Assembly (NCBI RefSeq): GCF_009914755.1
Contig: NC_060931.1
Reading direction: 5' to 3' (one strand)
Length of the DNA: 64,000 nt
Source of the DNA: the human T2T-CHM13v2.0 reference genome, Homo sapiens
This document shows positions 31,982-52,219 of the stretch, in pieces. The stretch's first letter is position 1; the number at the start of each line of letters is the position of its first letter. Made by a program: the position numbers and the translations under genes. A model generated the notes under the pieces. It was not told the origin of the DNA. It saw nothing but the letters and a program-made list of their open reading frames with translations, and did no database searches.

Positions 31982-32424
31982 CTTAGAAAAAAGATCACAT
32001 AATAGCATGATGTTCAGCAAAGATTGTCTGAAATCCACTGAGTTGACAAAAGCATTTTATTTTTGGGACCAAAAAGATTTAATAAACTTCCAGTTGTGCA
32101 TGCATATAGAGGTAACAATAGATCAAATGACCAAAAAGTCAATTCAGAAAATGGTCTTGCTCTGGTAAAAATTATTTAAATTACAAGTAACAGAACCTAC
32201 ATATACCGTCTTTGCAAAAAAAAAAAAAAAGTGCAATGGGAGAGATTTAATGGAAGAATAAAAAATATATCACTATGCTTTGTGCAATTAGGTGTCACAG
32301 CAAAAATAAGCTCAGAAAGAGAACAAGAGACTCCATATCAGAAGTGGCATGTCCTTTCTTCTTTGCTGATCTCATGATATCTGTCTCATTTTGCTTATGG
32401 CTTCTTCTGCAGATTGAGGTTTTT

Positions 32425-32719
32425 TGTTTTGTTTTTTCAGGACTTAGTTTTGCTCTTGTCACCTAGCCTGGAGTGAAATGACACGATCTCTGCTCACTGA
32501 AACCTCTGCCTCCTGGGTTCAAGTGATTCTCCTCCCTCAGCCTCCTGAGTAGCTGGGACTACAGGCATGTGCCACTACACCTAGCTAATTTTGTATTTTT
32601 AGTTGAGATGGGGTTTCACCTGTTGGCCGGCCTGGTCTCAAACTCCTGACCTCAGGTGTTCCACCCACCTTGGCCTCCCAAAGTGCTGGGTTTACAGGCA
32701 TGAGCCACTGTGCCCAGCC
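32425..32719 (-). mobile_element. AluS
   Basis: Alu antisense; TSD agattgag.ttttt. Confidence 0.9.
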
Positions 32720-32809
32720 AGATTGAGTTTTTATATCTGCTATAGACATGGCTGCTTCAATACTTTTCATATCATTTTTTTAGATGATGTGAACTGTAAG
32801 ATCACATGA

Positions 32810-34739
<1,930 letters not shown>

Positions 34740-34740
<1 letters not shown>

Positions 34741-35007
34741 TTGTTTTTTGTTTCCTTGAAGACAGGGTCCGGTTCTGTTACCCCAGCTGGAATGCAGTGG
34801 CACTATCATGCTCACTGCAGCCTTGAACTCCTGGGCTCAAGCTTTCCTCTTACCTCAGCCTCCTGAATAGCTGGCACTACAGGTGTGCACCACCATGACT
34901 GCAATTATTTTATTTTTTGTAGAGAGGTGGTCTTGCATTGTTGCCCAGGCTGGTCTTGAACTCCTGGCTTCAAGCCTTCCTCCCGCCTTAGCCTTCCAAA
35001 GTGCTGA
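34740..35007 (-). mobile_element. AluJ
   Basis: gcagccttgaactcctgggctcaag and gcccaggctggtcttg J diagnostics. Confidence 0.85.
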
Positions 35008-35011
35008 TGTT

Positions 35012-35013
<2 letters not shown>

Positions 35014-35055
<42 letters not shown>
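35014..35055. repeat. (CA)n microsatellite
   Basis: About 21 CA units. Confidence 0.97.
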
Positions 35056-35057
<2 letters not shown>

Positions 35058-35760
35058 CTATCTGTTTTACAGAGTAATCCATAGGTCAGAATCTAGCTCA
35101 TTGATTACCCTTACAAGAAGTCTATTAAAGAGAGAAGGCAATGTGTCTTAATTTGAAGCTTATGGAAGTTGTTGAAAAAATGCCTCTCTCCCCACTCCAA
35201 TTTACCCACCCCTCCACAAGAAACAGAAGGAGGCTGATCAAAGTAATCAAGACTGACTGGCATGTCTCAGCATTCCAAACATATGTATATTCATAAAATC
35301 TAGGGAAACGGGGCTCTGACCACTGGAAGTCTGTAACACACATTGTTAGGACTAGCTGAATTATATAATTACTACCCAGGTTGGTCAGGACACATCTCTC
35401 ACACAAATAAGATGTCTTAACCACCAAAAAAACAGAATATAACATTATCTTTAAAAATTAAAAAATTAAAAGTAAAAGTGTAAATAATTATCTGGAAGTG
35501 TTTGCCATTTTTGCAAAAAAATACTTATCTGCATTCAAGTTTGGAAGATTTTGTTTATTAGATCACCGAAGCTATATTCTTTTTTAACTGTATTTTATGT
35601 GGCTCAAGCAAAAGCATAAATTCTTAATATTGCAATATACTTACCATAATATAGCTATATAGTCTATTTGCAAAGGAGCAATAGTTATCATTGGACTCAT
35701 ATTACTTTTTCTTCTCAGAAACTTCATTTTTCAAAATAAAATGCTACAGTCATTACAGTG

Positions 35761-35849
35761 AAAATATAAACAGAACTATTTACAATATAAACACATATAT
35801 TTACAATATAAACACAAATATAAACAGGAGTATTTACAATATAAACACT
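35761..35849. repeat. Short imperfect tandem repeat (tatttacaatataaacac)
   Basis: Five copies of aatataaaca within 90 bp. Confidence 0.8.
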
Positions 35850-35852
35850 TAC

Positions 35853-35947
35853 TGGAACCTACAACTTTCCAAAATCTTTCTCCTTCACTTTTTCCTGTCT
35901 AAAATTGGATTAATGTGTTCATTTTCAAAGGAACTTGATGGACAGTA
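35853..35947 (-). pseudogene. Candidate fossil exon, end of AAA4 leading into stalk (TP.SY/F motif)
   Basis: cttttag acceptor, CCA|gtaagt donor; YCPSSSFE..ILDRKK*RRK ~ YVTP.SYLE....LL..KR. Confidence 0.5.
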
Positions 35948-36415
35948 CTAAAAGTTTGAATATTGTGAGTGCTTAATAGTAGTTTATAAATGCTGAATAC
36001 TAAGTTACAGGTGATGCAATAAGCATAACTTCAGAAATACTTCAAGATAATTTTGCCATGCTGCATGCTTTCAAATACATTAATTAAAAAATATTAACCT
36101 AAACAGAAATATGATTAGACTCATCATGTCAAAATTGACTGTAATTTTATGTCTGTTAAACATAAGGTGAAGTTTATCTTCATTGAATTTTAGATAGTAA
36201 CTAGAGCAAGTTGTCTAAGAGATAGTGTTATACAAAAAAATGATAGGGTAAATTGGTTAACAGTATATAGAATGCTGTTTCAGTGAATGCCACATTTTTG
36301 TAAAAAAACTTAGGGTTTAAAATAATAATAAACGAGAATTAATTGAGCTCCCTGGGGAAATAGTTACTGAAATAGTTAATATTTTCTGAAGAATAACAAA
36401 AAATAAGATACTAAC

Positions 36416-37384
36416 TGAAGACAATGAATAAAGACAATTTTATTCTCAAACAATTGAAGTTTATACATTTCATGATCATCCAACAACTTCTTAATCGCTT
36501 TATGAAAACTGGTTTGAACACTTCGAAATAGACACAGACTTCCTTCTGCAGAGCTATCAATGACAGGGACACTATTAGACGGAGATTGCAGAAAAGCTCT
36601 CACCAACTTCAATGTATTTTTATTTAAAATTCCACTACTGACATGTAACCATGACAGCAAAGAGGGCCTTTCTCTAACTGTAGAATAAGGAGATAGGCTC
36701 TTTGAGCACAATATCCATCAAAAAGATTAAGTAATGAAACAGGACACATTTCTGTCACTTCTACATCTGCCTGCTGTGCAAGTACACAAGGAGAGAAAGA
36801 AGCTGTCAGTTTGAGCAGCATTTTCCAATCTGAGGCTTTTAGGAAAATTACAGGGCACTGAAGAATGACAGTTCACATTAGAGCTGATTGGTGTCACAGC
36901 CAAAAGGAGGAAAGGCTCCTTGTCCTTTCACAATAGGGATTCGTCTTCCTTGAGCAAAGCTAATCACCTCCCATACTCGCAAAACTAACGATATAGCTAA
37001 TCAAAAGAAATCATCCATTGAAGTGAAGTCTTCGTAGGCTCTTGGTTTAGTACAAAATCAATTTTGATTTTCATAAATGCCAGGTAGCTTTGACTGTATT
37101 GTCAACATCTGCACAGGTAATGTTGCTGAATACCTGAAGGTTGCTCCAAGTTTCTGTCCTAGAAAGATAGCTCTTGCTCCTGTTAATATGGGTAGATGTT
37201 CTGATTCCAAATAAAGTGCAATTTTTCATTATCCAGTGTAGTATCACTTGAGTGATTATATTAAACAGGATAGACTTCTCATCTTTCCCAGTCAAGGAAG
37301 AAATGTTTGACAATAGTGGCCTCTTCACTTGGAATCTGTAATCACAGTTCTTGGCATTGCTTCCTTCTGAGTTTTAGCTCAGAG
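36416..37384 (-). pseudogene. Candidate ~970-nt fossil exon, dynein AAA4 region
   Basis: ttctctgttag acceptor, CA|gttagt donor; RAYEDFTSMDDFF*LAISLVLRVWEVISFAQG ~ R.YE...D..F..AI.HV.RI.R.L.QP.G; WKMLLKLTAS ~ RQSLTRLAA; LKLVRAFLQSPSNSVP ~ LE.INNLLNSGEVP. Confidence 0.6.
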
Positions 37385-37670
37385 CTAACAGAGAATAACA
37401 CACATATATTACTGTGTTATTTAGCAAAGGACAGAGAAGAACAAGTGAAAAGTGGTCAGTTTAATATTTTAGCAATGTCTAAATCAATTGTTTACTGAGT
37501 ATAAGAGGTTTTATCAGTGCAAAATCCTTCAAAAAGTTTTGAGGAAATCTGTCCAAACTAGGGAAGGCAGATTTATACCTAATAAACACATTTAAGAAAG
37601 TTGGGTGCCACCTGTTTTTTAAAAAAATTAAAATGGTGGTGTACTTATCAGGCTATTCAGCCTAATTTTT

Positions 37671-38836
37671 TTATTATTATTATACTTTAAGTTCTGAGGC
37701 ACATGTGTAGAACGTGCAGGTTTGTTACATAAGTATACATGTGCCATGGTGGTTTGCTATACCGATCAACCCATCATCTACATTAGGTATTTCTCCTAAT
37801 GCTATCCCTCCTGTAGCCCCCCAACCCCCAACAGACCCTGGTGTGTGATGTTCCCCTCCCCATGTCCATGTGTTCTCATTGTTCAACTCCTACCTGTAAG
37901 TGAGAACATGTGGTGTTTGGTTTTCTGTTCTTGTGTTAGTTTGCTAAGAATGATGGTTTCCAGCTTCATCCACGTCCCTGCAAAGGACATGAACTCATCA
38001 GTTTTATGGCTGCATAGTATTCCCTGGTGTATATGTGCCACATTTTCTCTATCCATTCTATCATTGGTGGGGATTTGGGTTGGTTCCAAGTCTTTGCTAT
38101 TGTGAGCAGTGCCGCAATAAACATACTTGTGCACGTGTCTTTATAGTGGAATGATTTATAATCCTTTGGGTATATACCCAGTAATGGGATGGCTGGGTCA
38201 AATGGTATTTCTGGTTCTAGATCCTTAAGGAATCGCCACATTGTCTTCCACGGTGGTTGAACCAATTTATACTCCCACCAACAGTGTAAAAGTGTTCCTA
38301 TTTCTCCACATCCTCTACAGCATCTGTTGTTTCCTGACTTTTTAATGATCGCCATTCTAACGGGCATGAGGTGGTATCTCATTGTGGTTTTGATTTGCAT
38401 TTCTCTAATGACCAGTGATGATGAGCTTTTTTTCATATGTTTTTTGGCTGCATAAACGTCTTCTTTTGAGAAGTGTCTGTTCATATCCTTTGCCCACTTT
38501 TTGATGGGGTTGTTTTTTTCTTGTAAATTTGTTTAAGTTTTTTATCGATTCTGGATATTAGCCCTTTGTCAGATGGATAGATTGCAAAAATTTTCTCCCA
38601 TTCTGTAGGTTGCCTGTTCACTCTGATGCTAGTTTCTTTTGCTGTGTAGAAGCTCTTTAGTTTAATTAGATCTCATTTGTCAATTTTGGCTTTTGTTGCC
38701 GTTGCTTTTAGTGTTTTAGTCATGAAGTCTTTGCCCATGCCTATGTCCTGAATGGTATTGCCTAGGTTTTCTTTTGGGGTTTTTATGGTTTTAGGTCTTA
38801 CATTTAAATCTTTAATCCATCTTGAGTTAATTTTTG
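37671..38836 (-). mobile_element. 5'-truncated L1PA7/8
   Basis: ORF2 C-terminal peptide (MNRHFSKED...) plus 3'UTR and polyA on the minus strand. Confidence 0.95.
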
Positions 38837-38837
38837 T

Positions 38838-39140
<303 letters not shown>

Positions 39141-39144
39141 TCAC

Positions 39145-39219
39145 CTTAAATTTTATAAAAGTACTAAATGATAGTAGACCCTCAGGCGGTCTTGCTGCAA
39201 AACTGAATTCTGTAATACC
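39145..39219 (-). pseudogene. Candidate fossil exon, AAA3 lid (HE..RVF.DRL-like)
   Basis: Long polypyrimidine tract ending taag, AAG|gtgag donor, 75 nt; QQDRLRVYYHLV ~ HECLRVFYDRLV. Confidence 0.5.
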
Positions 39220-39329
39220 CTTAGTAAAGGAAGAGAAAGAAATCATAGAAAAATCAAAGTCCCAATTAAAATAGCTCAGAAAACTGTGCAAAAGATATTT
39301 GAATTATTTTGTTAAATTCCATTCAATAT

Positions 39330-40130
39330 TAGAAACACATGTATCATTCTAAAGATATCTTCAAAGGTGTAAAATTAAAAGTCTAGTAGCAAGTCTCTAT
39401 AAATTGCTTGATGGAAAATGGTCAAATGATAGCAACTGAAAAGTAATCTGTTTTTAGATTTGTTTAGCCCAATTCATCTTTGTTTTGGTTGTTTTAACAT
39501 TCGTAAGGTAAACCTGTCATATGCAGCTGAGAGTATTTCAGTGAGATCACAGTTAATCTGTCTTGGGAAGAAACAAAATTTTCATTTAAATGGAGCAATT
39601 CAAGAGACTTTAATAAAAGGACTATTTACAGAGGTGTAGGCAAAGTTTATGAAACCCAGATATAACAAAACAGGAAGCTGCTATGGCTGTAGGCAGGAAA
39701 GAAATAAGGGTGTAAATAAGGTCATCAGAACAGAGTAAGAGGTGGAGTCATGGAGGAGAGGCTGCCCAACAGAATAAGTTACAGTCTTAGGGGCCCACAG
39801 CCACTGCCAGAACCCTGAAACACAGCAGGGAGGGAATGGTGAAGAAATAATCCTACTTCTTTCTTTTCACTCCAATGTCTTGTTGATGGCTGTGTTAGAT
39901 AAACTCCACAGGAAACCAGCAGACTAGAGAATCTGGGCAATGCTGCCCCTAAGCATCAACTACACAGGACAATATGTAGGGAATAGAAGGATTGAGAATG
40001 AGTCTGAGTAAATGTGGAATAACCAGAGTACAATGTATGTCTATTGATAATTAAGTTTCATAGTACTAGCTGCAAATAAATGAGTAGATATTTCTGCTGA
40101 TTTGTAGTAATTTCAATGATTCCTGCCTCC
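39330..40130 (-). pseudogene. Candidate fossil exon pieces, AAA3 C-terminal half, split by an MLT1 LTR
   Basis: EISTHLFAA../NCDLTEILSAAYDRF ~ I.PRL.RHF..SL..IF..ILD; FYTFEDIFRMI ~ HYTFNLRDLSRV. Confidence 0.45.
39564..40037. mobile_element. Ancient MLT1 (L/M-type) LTR
   Basis: aaaggactatttacagaggtgtaggca..aacaggaagctg motif; candidate 5-bp TSD TGTCT (39559-39563, 40038-40042). Confidence 0.6.
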
Positions 40131-40269
40131 AGTCTTTTATGGCCATAGGTTATTTAACTGTCTCTCTATTGTTGAATTATTAATTTGTTTCCAATTTAAT
40201 ACTCTTATGAACAATATTGCAATGAACATCCATTACTTCAAGGCACTGCAACAGAGATATAGGAAAGGT

Positions 40270-41410
<1,141 letters not shown>

Positions 41411-41434
41411 TTTATCACACACACACAAAAGAAA

Positions 41435-41560
41435 GCATGTTCTCTATAGGCTAGAACTCAGCGGTTAAAGAACATGTGGAAGTTTGGAAATGGTTAGCAA
41501 TCAGAATGAATCTGTAGGTAAACTGTGCTTACTCCCGTGTTTTATCCTAACCATGGGAGT
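41435..41560 (-). pseudogene. Candidate fossil exon following the AAA3 Walker A
   Basis: tctctccttccttctttgtag acceptor; TPMVRIKHGSKHSLPTDSF / ILIANHFQTS ~ T..IK.KL.SLP.D.Y..INFSAQTS. Confidence 0.55.
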
Positions 41561-41821
41561 CTACAAAGAAGGAAGGAGAGACATAAGCTTTGAAGATTGT
41601 CATAAAAACAATTAGGCCATATAAGTAACTATTATGTAATTAACACATTGGCTTTCTCTCTGACCAAGGGGGAATTCCTCAAATTATTTTTTTTCTCTCC
41701 TCTCTCTCTCATGTTCTCCATCAAAAAATAAAAATTAAAAAAGCAAGGTTCTCTAAAGACTCTCTCAGTTTTGACATCTTATGAGTTGATAACGTAATAA
41801 CCCCAAACTTTAAATTCTCAC

Positions 41822-42052
41822 CTGCCACAGTTTTTAGAACCACAGAGAACAGGCATTATTTACAGATGGAGTAATTTTCTTGTCATGTGGAAATGAGGCT
41901 ATGTGATTTGCCATCTAGGGTGAAGTACTACGAGCTCAGTTGTTATATGAATCTTTTCTGTGCAGAATTGTCATTTATACTCCTGTCATGTGTGATTTTT
42001 TTTTATCTTGGCCTTTAAATTTGAGATCTTTGGGTTTCTGTTGTGTTTTTCC
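41822..42052 (-). pseudogene. Fossil exon containing the dynein AAA3 P-loop
   Basis: ctcttgtttag acceptor, CAG|gtgaga donor; ELVVLHP...TRKLLHL*IMPVLCGSKNCG ~ I.VPT.DT.R...LL.....PVLL.GPTGTGK. Confidence 0.65.
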
Positions 42053-42294
42053 CTAAACAAGAGTCAAACCTGTCATCTTTTCATAGACTCACGTACAGAC
42101 AAGTAGCGATGCTTTATGTAAGCACTTAATGTTCATGCAAAAAAAAATGTTTTAAAAATAAATTATCAGTGGTGGCATTTTGTGTCATAAAGTATCGACT
42201 TTGTTTTAGTATAAAAGGATTGAAGATGTTAGTAAATTTTTGATGCTAGTTTTATTTAAAATTTTTATAATTACATTAGTCACCCAAATTCTAC

Positions 42295-42377
42295 CTCCGT
42301 TAAATACTGGTTCAGATTACATCCAAACATAGTATTGGGTCATTCTGGGTATTCAATGGTGAAGACATTTTTCTTTT
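42295..42377 (-). pseudogene. 3' piece of the AAA2 fossil exon
   Basis: NVFTIEYPE*PNTMFGCNL ~ I.FP..GTVFDY; GAG|gtagaa donor. Confidence 0.55.
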
Positions 42378-42504
42378 TTTTGTTGTTGTTATAAATTTTA
42401 GCTTGTTTTTATTTTTAATTTTTTAAATTACTTTTTAAATTTTTTGTGGGTATATAGTAGGTGTATATATTTAGGGGATACATGAGAGGTTTTGAAATAG
42501 GCAT

Positions 42505-42590
42505 GCAGAACCACCATGGCACATGTATACCTATGTACCAAACTTGCATGTTCTGCATGTGTATCCCAGAACTTAAAGTTTAAAAAAGAA
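42505..42590 (+). mobile_element. Very short L1PA 3' end
   Basis: gcagaaccaccatggcacatgtatacctatg...gtatcccagaacttaaag. Confidence 0.85.
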
Positions 42591-43496
42591 ACTATATATG
42601 TACATATATACATATATGTAAATATGTTTACACATATATTTATATATACATATATGTATATATTTACATACATTTATATATGCATATGTGTATATATTCA
42701 CATATATTTATATATACATATGTGTATATATTCACACATATATTTATATATACATATGTGTATATATTCACACATATATTTATATATACATATGTGTATA
42801 TATTCACACATATATTTATATATACATATATGTATATATTTACATATATTTATATACGCATATAGTATATATTCACTCATATATTTATATATACATATAT
42901 GTATATATTCACACATATATTTATATATACATATGTGTATATATTCACACATATATTTATATATACACACGTGTATATATTTACATATATTTATATATGC
43001 ATATATGTATATAGTCACTCATATTTATATATACATATGTGTATATATTCAAACATATATTTATATATACATATGTGTATATATTCACACATATATTTAT
43101 ATATACATACGTGTATATATTCACTCATATATTTATATATACATACGTGTATATATTTACATATATTTATATATGCATACGTGTATATATTCACTCATAT
43201 ATTTATATATACATACGTGTATATATTCACTCATATATTTATATATACATACGTGTATATATTCACATATATATTTATATATACATACGTGTATATATTC
43301 ACATATATATTTATATATACATACGTGTATATATTCACATATATATTTATATATACATACATGTATATATTCACATATATATTTATATATACATACGTGT
43401 ATATATTCACATATATATTTATATATACATATATGTATATATTCACATATATATTTATATATACATATATGTATATATTTACATATATATATAAAA
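42591..43496. repeat. TA-rich minisatellite, ~36-bp unit
   Basis: Unit tatatattcacacatatatttatatatacatatgtg (12-aa period [12 protein letters not shown] in the ORF track), roughly 24 units. Confidence 0.95.
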
Positions 43497-43507
43497 GAAA
43501 TAGGCAT

Positions 43508-50042
<6,535 letters not shown>

Positions 50043-50154
50043 GAAATAGGCATCAATATTAAATAAGCCCATCATGGAGAATGGGGTATCTATCACTTCA
50101 AGCATTTATCCTTTGAGTTACAAACAATCCAATTACATTCTTTAAGTTATGTAA

Positions 50155-50532
<378 letters not shown>

Positions 50533-50635
50533 CCATTTTTTCTATTTTTTTATAGACATTAACCATCTGCATCTCCTCCCCAACCCTCCGCTACCCTTTC
50601 CAGCCTCTGGTAACCATCCTTGACATTTTTCTTTT

Positions 50636-51624
50636 AAAATCTAAAATGATGTTTTAGAGAAATATAGACCAAAGGGCTCCAGACGGACTCAGCTGTATAA
50701 TATTCCACAAGACTCAGTCTATCTTTAAGACCAGATATAAATGTCTCTACATTGATTTCCAAATGACTAGAATATTCTGTCCTCTATATAGGTTACAGCA
50801 ATCTAGTTACATTGGGAGTTGGTCAAAATATAATATAATCACATTAACCCAAGTATTAAGGAGTGCCTCAGTGACCTCTGCACTCAGGCCAAAGAAGCTC
50901 TCTTGAGAAGTTCCCTCCATTGCTGCAGGAGGTGGTCTCTGTCCATACCAGTCACTGCAAACCTGATGGTTCCTGAAGTCTCTGATGTGATTCCATTCAT
51001 GCTAGAGTTGCCCTTTCCAAGGAAGCCACTGAAAACATTGTTACATTGTGACTTCTCCCACATGATTCTCCTTGGAATGTCTCCAGTATCACAATGTAAA
51101 CTCAACCATGTTTCATGTTGCTTTGAATTTAAGACTTATGATAGTACATGGATTTAGTATATTAAATGTAATTGCTTTACAGATTTATTCTGCTAAAGCA
51201 AATATTTTGCATATGTAATCTACCAGGCACCCTTCTATTATAATTTAAGGCAGTATTCCATTAGTGTTTAAAACATCATGCTTTGTAGGAAATCATTCTA
51301 GTTTCACTGACAGCATTCTCTGTACTCAATTTTCTCAGTAGTCCATACCAGCAGAATTATTTTTTTCACGTTGTTCTCGTAATTACAAAAGTGATACATG
51401 CTTATTGTAGGACATTTGGAAAATATAGAGAAGATGAGAGTAAATAATAAAAATTGCTTATAATCCCTTTGCCCAGAGATAATAAATTTTAATATTTTGG
51501 TGTTTCTCTTATGTGCCTATCATTTTATAAATTTTCACATACATTATTTAGAGCAACCATCATTTCTGAATTCTTCCTCCTCAGCTTTCAAGTTTATATC
51601 AGGACACCAATACATTTTCCTCAG
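50636..51624 (-). pseudogene. Large fossil exon, dynein AAA2 core (interrupted by L1ME at 51363-51542)
   Basis: Strong acceptor at 51625; INLKA...W-YGLL ~ INPKA...EW.DG.L; *IIIEGCLVD ~ WIIFDGPVD; GESCGRSHNVTMFSVASLERAT ~ GE.I.L..NM.LLFEV.DL..ASPAT; LVEYYTAESVWS ~ LE.YFVFA.IWS. Confidence 0.7.
51363..51542 (-). mobile_element. L1ME-type 3' end fragment
   Basis: aaaagtgatacatgcttattgtag..ggaaaatatagagaag..cccagagataa..taatattttggtg; candidate TSD ATTATTT (51356-51362, 51543-51549). Confidence 0.65.
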
Positions 51625-52074
51625 CTGAAGAGGAATTGGGAGTTGAAGCAGCAAGAATGAGAGGGAAGAGAGAAAATAGAGCTTAGAATCTGTTTTTCAG
51701 TGCTGAACTTATTATAATAAGAAATTAAATGGCCCCCTTCAAAGCCATTCCCAGAAGCCTCTGCTCTCATGATTATTGCCTGCTTCTTCTTTATCATCAT
51801 GAGAGTTTAATAATACCATTGTCAAAGTTAGCACAGTTATTTTTTATCTCGCATTTGAATAAAATGCCACCTCCCATTTTATTTCGTGGCACTCATGCTA
51901 ACCCCTCATCCCTTTCCCTGATTCTGGCCCCTCTGGGCCTCCTCCTCTTGTTAGTGGAATCTTCTCCTACACTAGTGATTAGTTATGTCAGCCTCGGGCA
52001 GTCCAGGAGAATAGAATTACATGGATTGATGCTTGGTCAAAGACTAACTACAAAATATCCTCTCAACTATGGAA

Positions 52075-52219
52075 AAATCTACAGATTTTTAAGGTAACTA
52101 TATCATAGTTAAACACACAGCATAAATGATCTATGAGATCCTGCTAAAACCACTTTAATAAATAGAGCAATTTGTGTTTGGTATAATTATAGTTGCATGT
52201 AAATAAAAGTTGTGTCAAT
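52075..52219 (-). pseudogene. Fossil exon piece, dynein AAA2 P-loop region
   Basis: TTFIYMQL*LYQTQIALFIKVVLAGSHRS ~ F..KVIQLYET..VRHG.MLVG..GS. Confidence 0.6.

Noticed and set aside
39562-39585. Apparent splice acceptor tttgtttcttcccaag
   Set aside because: Probably the edge of the MLT1 LTR/TSD rather than an original acceptor.
51365-51420. CPTISMYHFCNYEN resembling dynein NPKSITMGQLYG
   Set aside because: It lies inside the L1ME fragment and is a chance match; the real motif (INLKA) is beyond the insertion.
51729-52097. 122-aa plus-strand ORF
   Set aside because: Low-complexity pyrimidine-rich sequence with no recognisable domain.
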